Translations under genes and position numbers: made by a program
The notes under the pieces: model-generated
Seen by the model: the letters and a program-made list of their open reading frames with translations, nothing else
What the model was told of the DNA's origin: nothing
Databases searched by the model: none
Shown: piece by piece, positions 49,981 through 61,261 of the stretch
How the letters are laid out: each line of letters opens with the position of its first letter
Position numbering within the stretch: position 1 is the first letter of the stretch
From: the human T2T-CHM13v2.0 reference genome, Homo sapiens
NCBI RefSeq assembly: GCF_009914755.1
Contig: NC_060929.1
Length of the DNA stretch: 64,000 bases
Reading direction: 5' to 3' (one strand)

Positions 49981-52494
49981 TTCTCTCACCACTCCTTTGC
50001 AACATTCTATTGGAAAATTTAGCTACTGAATTAGACAAGAAAATAAAAGCCATGCTGATTAGGAAGAAAAAAATAAAACTATCTTTGTTCATAGATGACA
50101 TCATTATCTAAACAGAAAATCTGAAAAAAAGACCAATAAAACCTCCTGCAAATAAGTAATCATATCAGGATACATGATTAATATACAAAACTCAATTGCT
50201 TTCTCTATATACCAACAATGAACAAGTGGAATTTGAAATTGAACACACAATATCATTTACATTAGCACCCCCCAAATAGAATCTAAATCTAAATCTAACA
50301 AAATGCCTATGGTATTTATACGAGGAAAACTACAAAACTCTAATGAAAGAAATCAAATAAGAACTAAAGAAATTGAGAGATATTCCATGTTCATGGATAG
50401 AAAAACTCAATATTGTCAGGACATTGGTTCTTCCCAATTTGATCTATAAATTCAATGCAATTGTAATAAAAATCCCAGGAATTTATTTTGTGAATATTGA
50501 CAAACTGATTCTAAAGTTTATATGGAGAGACAAAAGACCCAGAACAGCCAACACAATATTGAGGAGAAGAACAAAGTTGAAGGAATGACACTATCCAACT
50601 TCAAGATTTAATATAAAGCTATAGTAATCAAGACAGTATGGTACTGGCAAAAAAGAAATGACAAATAGATCAATGGAACAGAATTGGGAGCCCAGAAATA
50701 GACCTAAATATAGCCTATTAATCTTTGACAAGGGAGCATTTTACGGACAAAGGCAATATAATGGAGGTTAGTCTTTTCGACAAATGGTGCTGAAATGACT
50801 GGAAATCCACATTCAAAAAAATGAATCTAGACACAGATCTTACGTTCTTCACAAAAATTAACTTAAAATGGATCACAAGACCTAAATGTAAAACACAAAA
50901 CTATAAAACTACCAGAAGATAACATAGAAGAATATCTAGATTACCTTGATAGTCATCTAGTTTTCCTCTTATAAATACTGTACACATTTTGTTCGATTTA
51001 GATTTAGATTCTATTTTTTGGTGGTAATGCAAATGATATTGTGTTTTTAACTTCAAATTTCATTTGTTCATTGTTGATATATAGAGAAAACAATTGAATT
51101 TTGTATATTAACCATGCATCCTGATATGATTACTTATTATTTCCAGGTGGTTTTTTTTTGGCAATGACTTTTTAGACACAACACGAAAGTCAGAATCGAT
51201 CAAAAAAAGAATGGATATGTGAAAGATTACTGTCAAGAGAATAAAAAGACAAACCATAGACTGGGAGGAAATATTTGCAAAAGCTGTAACTGATAAAGGA
51301 CTATTATCTAAAATACAGACATAATTCTTAAAACTCAACAGTAAGGAAAAGAACAACCCAATTAAAAGATAGAAAGAAAATCTGAACAGATCACTCACCA
51401 ATGAAGATATACAGATGGCAAACACGTATATGAAAAGATGCTTTATATTATATGCCAACAGAGAAATGCATATTAAAACAACAATAAAATACTACTACAC
51501 ACATAGTAGAATGTCCAAAATCCAGAACACTGATAGCACCAAATGCTGGCAAGGATGTGGAGCAATAATCCATTGATTCATTGCTAACTAGAATGGGAAA
51601 TGGTACAGACACTTTGGAATACAGTTTGCAGTTTCTTATAAAACTAAACATACTCTTACCGTATAATCCAGTAACTGTGCTCCTTAGATATTCATCCAGA
51701 TGAATTGAAAGCTTGTATCCACACAAAAACTTGCACATAAATATTTATAGTAGCTTTATTCGTAATTGCTAAAACTTGGAAGAAACCAAGATGTCTTTCA
51801 GTAGGTGAATGAATGAATAAACTGTGGTATATGCAGACAATTGAATATTATTTGGCACTAAAAAGAAATGAACTATTAAACCATGAAAAGACATTAAGGA
51901 AACTTAAGTGCATATTTCTAAGTTAAAGAAACCAATACGAAAGGCTACATACTGATTCCAACTATGCTACATTCTGGGAAATGGAGACTAAAATAATGGA
52001 CATTTAAAAATATCTGGGAAATTGAGACTGAAACAATGGAGATGAAAAAGTACCAGTGGCTGCCAGGCATTTTGGGGAGGAAGGAATGAATAGGTGTAAC
52101 ACAGAAAATTGTTAGGATAGTGAAACTACTCTGTATGATACTATAATGGTGGATACATGTTTTATTATACATTTTTTCAAACCCATAGAATATATAACAC
52201 TAAGAGTGAATCCTAAGGTGGCCTATGGACTCTTGGTTACAATAAAGTGCCAGTGTAGGTTCAGCACCCTAATAGGGTATGTTGATAATGGGGAAGGCTA
52301 TGCATGTATGGGGTTAGGGAGTGTATAGGAAATTTCTGTACCTTCTGTCCATTTTTGCAGTCAACCTAAATATGCTCTATAAAGTCTTTTTTTAAAAAAG
52401 GTATTTTATAACTCAAACTAAATCTGCTCTAGTGCATATTCTAAAATGTATGTCCTGTTCTGAGTGGGGAAAAAGTCAATTTATAAATGGGTAA

Positions 52495-52732
52495 TGTGTT
52501 AATACATTTTTGCATTGCTACAGGGAAATATCTGAGGCTGGGTAATTTATAAAGAAAAGAAGTTTATTTTGGCTCACAATTCTGCAGGCTGTACAAGCAT
52601 GGCACCAGTATCTGCTCACATTCTGGTGAGAGCCTCAGGAAGCTTATGATCACCGCAGAAAGCAAAGGGGAAGCCAGCATATCGCATGATGAGAGAGAAA
52701 TCAAGAGAGAGAGAGGAGGTGCAGGCTCTTTT
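52495..52732 (-). mobile_element. Partial MSTA/B LTR
   Basis: 'gcattgctacagggaaatatctgaggctgggtaatttataaagaaaagaagtttattttggctcacaattctgcaggctgtacaagcatggcaccag'. Confidence 0.9.
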
Positions 52733-53336
52733 AGGCAGGGTATTTTAATGTAAGAAATTTAAGTAATTGACAGAAAAACATGAGGCACATGGTGGGAGGG
52801 TGTATAGAGAGAGAATAGAAAAGGAAAGAGAAGGGGAAGAAGAGAGGTGCACAGAGAGAGAAAGTGAAGATGAAGGTTTTTGCGCAAAGAATTGGTTTGA
52901 TGTTTTGTAACTTATGCATACCAGGGGTAACAATGAAATAAGACGGACAAATATAAAACTCCTATTTCAGGACTAAGAAAGAATGGATCTTGAGTGAAAT
53001 CATGAACATAAAATAGAATTAAAGTATTATGTCTTAGTGTGGAAAGGTTGTAATTTACTATAGCAAAAAATGGCATTTATTTACTGAGTAGAGAGATCCG
53101 CTTTGGAGACTGTCAGCTCGGTTCCATTCAGAGGTTAAACATTGGTCTATGTTTCCTATTAAGTGTAGTGGGCATTGTTGGTGTCCTACCCAGCATCCCA
53201 CTCTACTACCACTTTGCCAACAGATCTCTTGAGTTTGTTGAGATACCCCTCAGGCCTCCACACACCCAGTGAGACTTGGGGAACCTTGACCGCACTGCAC
53301 ATCCCAGAAGAGTGGGCCACCCTGTTCTTGCAGACC

Positions 53337-53655
53337 AGGGGTCAGCAAACTTTCCCTGTAAATAATTAGATTGTAAATATTTTAGGCTTTGTGATCATAC
53401 AGTCTCTGTCAAAACTACTCTGCCATTATAGTGTGAAAGCAACACAGACAATGCACAAATGAATAAGCATGGCTGGGTTCCAATAAAACTTTATTTGTGG
53501 ACATGAAAATTTGAATTTCATAAAATTTTCATATCATGAAATACCATGCTTCTTTTGATTTTTTTTGGCCATTTGAAAATGTAAAAACCGCATTAGTTAG
53601 TAGGCTATATATAGACACTAGGTAGAATTTGGTCTGTGGGCTGTAGTTAGCCCTG
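53337..53655. mobile_element. MER58B-like hAT-Charlie element
   Basis: 'caggggtcagcaaacttt...gtaaatattttaggctttgtg...ttccaataaaactttattt...tgggctgtagtt'. Confidence 0.85.
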
Positions 53656-53664
53656 CTTTAGACC

Positions 53665-53845
53665 AACATGGTCCAATAGTATTTTCTGGGATGGTGGCAA
53701 TGTTCTGTAAGTCTGCCAAATGTGGTTGTGCAGTACTTGAAATGTGTCCATTGTGACTGGGGAACAGAATTGTTAAGTTTTATTTAATTTTAATTAACTT
53801 AATTGTAAGCAACCACATTTGGCAAGTGTATGGAGTAGTCTCACT
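53665..53845. mobile_element. MER3-like hAT-Charlie element
   Basis: 'gtccaatagtattttctgggatggtggcaatgttctgta...tacttgaaatgtg...gtgactggggaacagaatt...ccacatttggc'. Confidence 0.7.
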
Positions 53846-53859
53846 CTATTTTTTGACGT

Positions 53860-54240
53860 TTGACTGATGTCAACTTTTAAGTCTTGCTCCTCTCTCTTCC
53901 CTTTGTGCCCCACATCTGTACAAGCTGATAAGAAAGCCTGGGTACTCACTCCTTTGGCACTGATGGGAAATTCAAACCACAGAAGCCCTTCCCCACACCC
54001 ATGAGCACTCATGCCAGCCCCACATCTAACTACAATACAAAACCAGGCCCATTCCCTTTCCCAGCTCTCTCAGGGCATTTCGGACTTGCTTGAGAGGCCT
54101 GCCCTGCTTCTCCAGAGACCTCTATTACATAAGCAATGAAGCCTTTCATGCCCTTTTGGTGTGCATGTGTTGTCATCAGTCTCAACATCTGAACTAAATT
54201 TTGGGTGGGAGTCCATCTGTCTCTCTAGGTAACCACAACA
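53860..54240 (+). mobile_element. ERV1-class LTR 3' part (subfamily uncertain)
   Basis: U5-like end 'catcagtctcaacatctgaactaaattttgggtgggagtccatc...accacaaca'. Confidence 0.5.
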
Positions 54241-55559
54241 GCAAGTCATGACTATATTGGACAACACAGCTATAGACAGCAGTTCAAGGATGGTCAGGGG
54301 ACTCAGTTTGGACTTAGACTGTTGACAACATAATAGGAAGTTTGCTAGGGACAGCTGGAAAATTTCTTTTTGATTTTTGGGAAATAATCCTTTGCTTTTG
54401 ACTTGATGAGAACACAGAACTCTAGCCCGTTTCCTGCTGGCATCTGTGTTTTACCAGGAAGGGAAACCAGCCTTGGGATGAAGTTGATCCTGTGATAAGA
54501 GAGTGGGTCCTTAATGAAAATATTGATTTCTGGATCAGCCTCTTCCTGAAGCCAACCCTTTCTATTGGTTTCTAGGTATGTGATCCAATGCATTTGTGAA
54601 TCAAGTTTCTGTTGATTACAGTCCAAAGCAGTGTAACATATACCAATGATACTAAAAAACATATTTTCCCCTCAATTAAAAAATCTCTAAAATTGGGATT
54701 AGTTTTATGATCTATAATTTATATGGTAGAATCTGTTCCTTTCTTTAGGGTACATGAAATAATGGCATGTCTTATTATAAGTGGCATCTTAGATCTGATG
54801 AAATGATTTAGATTTGATGAATACTTTAGGATTTGGGGTTTGGCTTCTGTCTTTTTTTTCTTTTTCTTTCTTTCTTGCTTCCTTTTTTTTTTTTTTTTTT
54901 TGTACTTATGGTTGCTGAACTTTCTAAGTTTCTTTTCCAAGATAGGTTTTTCTTTGATTTTTATATATCCCCCTGGATTATGAAGCAGCATTTTCATGTC
55001 AGCATATATTCAGAGCATGCCTGACTGAATTTTAGTACCAGAATAAGATTTTATTACTTGAAGAATACATTCTGTTTTGTGAACTAAAGGCAATATGCAA
55101 AACGTCATTCAAATTTAGAAAGATCATTTGGGAATATCAACTAAATTAAAGAAGATTGTTAAGGAGCTGACATATTCTGGTAAGGCCTAGGCACTGAGTG
55201 AACCTGCCTTAGATAAAATAAAAAGATGGGAATCTGCCTAATTGTACACTTACCGAACTGCATCATCCGCAGCTACTGAAGGACAATTTAGTTATGAATT
55301 ACATTTCTGTTATTATTAGATGTTTAACATTTTTTGTTTTATTTTAACATTTTAGCATAATGCAAACATATTATTATGGATTCTAAGTCAAGAAACACCA
55401 ATCATTGCCATTAATTCAAAGATACAGAAATCCAAAATAAAACCCACTTTCATGAGCCAAAATTCCCAATTCACCTCGAATTCTCTTATTAAAAAAAAAA
55501 ACCCCTTCTTGAAATTGTTCCTTCTTTTCCACCCCCAAAACTCTCTCAAAATGAGAATA

Positions 55560-56220
55560 AGAAACTGCAATGAAAAAATGCAGTCCCATTTTATAATTTC
55601 AACAAAAACGACAAGATATCTAGGGAAGTATGTGACCTTTTTTTGTAGAATACTAGAAAAATTTGAGATATATAAAAGAAGTCTTGAATAAATTGGTATA
55701 ATGTTTTTGCATTGGAAAGTGATACCAATCTTTCACAAAATGCTTAATAGACTTATGGAATCTTCATTAAAAATCTAAGATAGATGGGAAGATGGGAGTG
55801 TGACAAAGTGATTTTAAAGATAAAGGGAAAAAACAGCCAAGAATATATTGAAGGTAAAGACTAATTGAAGAAACTTACCCGACCAGATAATACAACTTCA
55901 ATAATTAAAGTGGTGTGCTACTGACAAAAGAATTGGCAGGCAGATCAATGTAATGGATTTGATAGCCCAGAAATCGACCCCAGTATAGATGCAAACTTAA
56001 TATATATTAAAGGTGGCATCACAAATCAGTGAGAAAAAGAAAGATTATTGAATAAATGGTCTGGGACAAACTATTTGGAAAAAAAGTTAAATTATCACTC
56101 TAAAATAAATTGCAATTGGTAACCTTTAACCCATTAAATACTAGAAGTAAATATAGAATAAAAAGTCCTATTTAAGTGTAAAGGAATGGGACGAAATCAC
56201 AAAGGAAGATTAGATCACAA
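55560..56220 (+). mobile_element. Old L1ME ORF2 fragment
   Basis: 'tgacaaagtgattttaaag...gatcaatgtaatggatttgatagcccagaaatcgacc...aaaggtggcatcacaaatcagtg...aataaatggtctgggaca'. Confidence 0.75.
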
Positions 56221-56459
56221 CAGAAGATGAAGTATATGTGTCTCTCTCCCCTCCTGTTCCCAGTGCCTATGGAAATAATAGAAAGAGTAGCTTGAAAGAA
56301 TAAAATCTGCCCCAAAACAAATAAAATAAATACTATTAGTGTACCAGAAATTCATAAAGTATGGGAAGAGGGAAAGTGGGGAAAAAACTATAGCTCAAAG
56401 CAAAAATGAGAAAAGCTACTCTACAGATAAGACCTGTTCTTCGCAATAAAACTCTAAAG

Positions 56460-56646
56460 CAGGGGTTTCCAAAGGGTGGTTCCTGGACCAACAGTAGCAT
56501 CCTCACCTGGGAACCTGATGGAAATGCAAATTCTTGAATCTCACTCCTGACCCACAAATCTGAAATTCTGGGGGTGGAACCCAAGGATCTAGATTTTTAC
56601 AAGCCTTCCTGATGATTCTGATGCACATAAAGTTTGAGAACTCCTG
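56460..56646. mobile_element. MER5A (hAT-Charlie MITE)
   Basis: 'cagtagcatcctcacctgggaacctgatggaaatgcaaattct...tgattctgatgcacataaagtttgagaactcctg'; imperfect 8-bp flanks ctctaaag/ttctaggg. Confidence 0.9.
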
Positions 56647-57242
56647 TTCTAGGGAAACTCCATGTTTGTAGTCAAATACAGATACTAAAGGGGTTCTAGG
56701 ACAGTCATCAGGATAATTAAATAAAGGTTTACATTCCAAGGAGCTGGGCCAGTAGACCTTCTGTCCACTGTCCTCAACACTGAGCAGGGGGTAGCCAGGG
56801 CATATACCCTCAGATAAGGTCCAATAAATTACTTTCAAAATAAATACACTTTCTGTGTAGGGAAGTCTCCTAAGGTGAATGTTGGGGCCAGACGGAAAGG
56901 CAGCAGAATGTGAGCGTTTCCTATTCTCTAAATGCTAGCTGGCAAAGAGAAGAGGAAAAAAGAAGAGCTGTTTTCTCCCTAGAATGATTTATGTACAATA
57001 GGGTACTCTGAAATAGTAGTTCAGACAAGGACAACTTCCAGAATTGCCTTGGGGTTGAGGAAACAGACATGTGTCCCAGATTACTGCCACCAGGTGGAAA
57101 CTGAGTCTGCTCATTCAGAAGTTAAAACATCTACCTTGTCTTCCATCCTCATCTTGCCTGCTACACTCACCTGTATTCAGAAATTTATTTACCAACAAGT
57201 AAATGCCATGTTATTTGGCTGTGAAAATTTTGTATTTAATTT

Positions 57243-57430
57243 AGAGCAGCCATTTTTTTTCTGTGAACAGTCAGAGTAAATACTTTTGGCTTTGCAGTTC
57301 AGTTCCCTGTTGCGACTACCCAGTTCCACCACTGTAGAACAAAAGTAGCCGTAGAAAAGTGCCCATAGACAATATATAAAAGAATGAGTGCAGTTGTGTT
57401 CCAATAAGACTTTATTTATTTACAGATCAC
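57243..57430. mobile_element. MER58A-like fragment
   Basis: 'gtaaatacttttggctttgc...ccatagacaatatataaaagaatgagtgcagttgtgttccaataagactttattta'. Confidence 0.75.
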
Positions 57431-57511
57431 TCAGAACTTGCCAATAGTGGTGATGATGGCAACATGTCTATGGCATTCACAGCCCTGAGGCAGCAAGGCA
57501 GAGATCACTCC

Positions 57512-57872
57512 CAAAGAACTGAAATCATAACAAACAATCTCTCAGACCACAGCACAACCAAATTAGAAATAAAGAGTAAGAAATTCACTCAAAATTATAC
57601 AATTACATGGAAATTGAATAACCTGCTCTTAAACAACTTTTGGGTAAATGATGAAATTAAGGCAGAAATCAAAAAGTTCTTTGAGACTAATGAGAACAAA
57701 AATACAACATACCAGAATCTCTGAGACACAGCTAAAGCAGTGTTAAGAGGGAAATTTATAGCACTAGATAACCACATCAAAAAGTTAGAAAGATCTTAAT
57801 TTAATGACCTAACATCACAAATAAAAGAACTAGAGAACCAGGAGAAAACCAACCCCAAAGTTATCAGAAGAC
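57512..57872 (+). mobile_element. Primate L1P ORF2 internal fragment
   Basis: Translates [19 protein letters not shown]...[39 protein letters not shown] (end of endonuclease domain and linker). Confidence 0.93.
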
Positions 57873-57928
57873 TATATATATTGTACATATATATATATAT
57901 ACACATATATATATACACATATATATAT
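57873..57928. repeat. (TA)n/(CATATA) microsatellite
   Basis: Direct reading of the sequence. Confidence 0.9.
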
Positions 57929-58316
57929 GTTATTAAATACAAAGTATTTGTACAAAGTGTTCAGTGGTTCAAGTAGAAAAATGGGCAAAGAACATGATGA
58001 GATGATTTACACAAGGATAAACAGAAATTACTAGTTACCTTCCATCAGGTATCATGACCATAGCCAACAGAATTTGACAGTCTCACCATTTGGAGACATA
58101 TCACTTATTCCCCACCCTGAAAGGTCACAAAACTCAGTGTTTGTAATATGGAAGAATACCAGTTGCTAAAATAAATTTATTTCTTTCACTTGCCATAGTG
58201 TCCTGCATGTATATCTTGGAAAGGACAATCTCATGTGCAACAGCAGAAGTCAATGGTTCTCAAACCCTAGTGTGCATCCAAATCACCTGGAAGGGTTATT
58301 AAAATTCAGATTACTG

Positions 58317-59063
<747 letters not shown>

Positions 59064-59185
59064 TAAGAGTTTCTGATTAAGTAGGTCTAGGGTGGGGCCT
59101 GAGAATTTGAGTTTCTAACAAGTTTCCAGGTGATTCTGATGCTGCTGTTCTAAGGAACCACACTTTGAAAACCAAAGACATAGGT

Positions 59186-59391
59186 CAGGAGTTGGCAAGC
59201 TTTTACTGTAAAGGACTAGTAGTAAATATTTTAGACTTTTTGGGGCATGCCATCTTTGATACAAATATTCTGCTGTTGTAATATGATAGCAGCCATGCCA
59301 CAGACAATATGCAATGTTGTAGGCTACATTCCAATGAAGCCTTATTTATAAAAACACTGTAGACCAGATTCGGCCTTCATGCCAACTTCTG
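59186..59391. mobile_element. MER58A-like element
   Basis: 'caggagttggcaagc...ctgtaaagg...tagtaaatattttagacttt...cacagacaatatgcaa...gccaacttctg'. Confidence 0.75.
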
Positions 59392-60524
59392 ATATAGATA
59401 AACAGAATGCAAGCTAGATGACACACATCTATAAAGATGAAAATTGAAAGCAAGAGTTCTAAACCTAAGTTCAATGAATGGACTTACTAATCATAAATTG
59501 TCCTTTCCAAGACACACTTGTAACAACAATAGAGATGAAATGGCTTTCATCAGAAACTCACTGGACAATGAAATGAAGAAAACCAGGAAGCAGGGCAGTG
59601 GACAAGGAGCCTCAGAGTGCACTGGAGAGATATTCTCAAAGCCACAGAAGAGGTGGCAGTTTGGGTTGCATCTAGCTAAATGGTTCTCATGGAAACCAAG
59701 CGTACCAATTGCATGAGAAATAGCTGAAGGGCCAAGGAAGAGGGCTGCTTGATCCTGACAGGTAGCTGGTAATTAGCAATCAAAACCTAATTGAGATTAA
59801 CAGCTGTTTTTCTAGTACAGTTACTAACAGGGAGGCAGAAATGGTATGAAGATCATCCAAGCTCTACAAGCTGCTTTTAACATCAGAAAACTATGAGAAT
59901 AGAGCAATATGCCAAGCAAGCAAGGAGATGAAATCGAGCTGTGTACATAGAGCTGAACTGACAGGCCAAAGAGGGCTGGATCCAGAGGACCAATTAGGAC
60001 ATCTACAGGGGTGCTGGAGGCAGATTAAAGGGGCAGGATGCAAACAACACTAGAGAGTCTATTCACTGGCTGGTGTGGTTGAGCCACTGCCTGGTTCTCG
60101 TGGAGAGAAGGGCACATTGGTGCAGCTCTCCTAGCTGTCATGGGGGCCCTGGGGTTAGACTGGAAATTCTTTCAAACGCACTCTTTGAGCACCTTCCCAG
60201 CATTACTACTGGCTGTAGAAATATCTACTGTCACACCATGGGGCTGAACCTGTGACATTTCCATCAGGTGAAGCATATCAAATGGTTAATCTCTCTCTCT
60301 TTGACATCCTTTCAGTGGGTTTTCTTTTTCCAAGGCAGTCTCAGTGGCTCTGAATGGGCTCTCTTAATTAGCAGCACTAGCAAAACCGGTGGCTGCCACC
60401 AGGAGTAAGGCACAGGACCTAGGAGAAACTAAAAGACTGGGTAAGACTCAATCAATGTGGCTTGAAGCTGTTAGACATATGACTGCCTTGAATGTTGGAA
60501 CTTACTGAAAACCAGAGGAATATA

Positions 60525-60730
60525 ATGTAGCACCTACTATGTGCCTGGCATTGGTCTAAATGCTTGACATTCTTACTCATGTAGTCCTCACAACACACCT
60601 AGGGAGCACCTGTATGCTGCTATCATCCCCATCTCACAGATGAGAAAACTGAGATAGGTTAATTAATGGGCCCTTGTTTACACAGCTTCAAGTGTTGGAG
60701 GCAGAATTTGAACTCAGGTGCTCTGACACT
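60525..60730 (-). mobile_element. MIR SINE
   Basis: 'gcacctactatgtgcctggca...atccccatctcacagatgagaaaactgag...ggcagaatttgaactcagg'. Confidence 0.8.
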
Positions 60731-60764
60731 ACATCTACAACCCAGCAATATTCTCCTCTCCCGG

Positions 60765-60880
60765 AAACTCAGTAGAAATGCAGAAGCTCCAACACTACCC
60801 CAGATCTGCTGAAATAGAACTTGCAGTTGACAAGATTCCCAGGTGATTCCTATTCACATTAAGTTTTAAGGAACTCTGCA
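60765..60880. mobile_element. MER5-type fragment
   Basis: 'agaaatgcaga...ccccagatctgctgaaatagaacttgca...caagattcccaggtgattc'. Confidence 0.7.
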
Positions 60881-60915
60881 GTATGCTATATGCTGTCATC
60901 TAGATATATGTCATA

Positions 60916-60956
<41 letters not shown>

Positions 60957-60996
60957 GAAAGGAAGTGTATATGTATATATATAGAGAGAGAGAGAG
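60916..60996. repeat. (TG)n(TA)n...(GA)n compound microsatellite
   Basis: Direct reading of the sequence. Confidence 0.9.
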
Positions 60997-61261
60997 TTCA
61001 TCAATTTTAAGAACATAAGCCACTTCTCAATAACAAGGACACACTGTAGTTAGAGTAATACAAAAAACAAGGGGGAAAATGTCCTGTATGGAATATTTTT
61101 CTCTCTTTAGACATCAGTTCTGTTTTTCCTAATTGTTGGCTTGTTTATTAAACAAAGGTTGTTTATTTTCCTTCCAACTCTTCCTGCCACAGGCCTTTTT
61201 TATAGCCTATAATTCCTTTCATTTCAGCAAATATTTGCTGTTATTTTAAAGCGATAATTTT

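Larger units (their letters stand above)
42900..52398 (+). mobile_element. Near-full-length L1MC-type LINE (5' UTR, ORF1, ORF2, 3' UTR), disabled and interrupted by MST elements
   Basis: ORF1-like 46340-47150, endonuclease-like 'ataatagttggagacttgaacacccct', RT 'tcaatagatgcagaaaaagcatttgacaaaatcc' and 'ttgttcatagatgaca', ORF 50373 (DIPCSWIEKLNIV), L1MC-like 3' end 'aacccatagaatatataacactaagagtgaatcctaa...aacctaaatatgctcta'. Confidence 0.92.

Noticed and set aside
46340-51900. L1 ORF1/ORF2 as an active retrotransposon
   Set aside because: Numerous stops and frameshifts plus LTR insertions; ancient subfamily
57084-57102. CTCF-like tgccaccaggtggaaac
   Set aside because: Mismatch in the conserved GGC core end; cannot be supported without ChIP data
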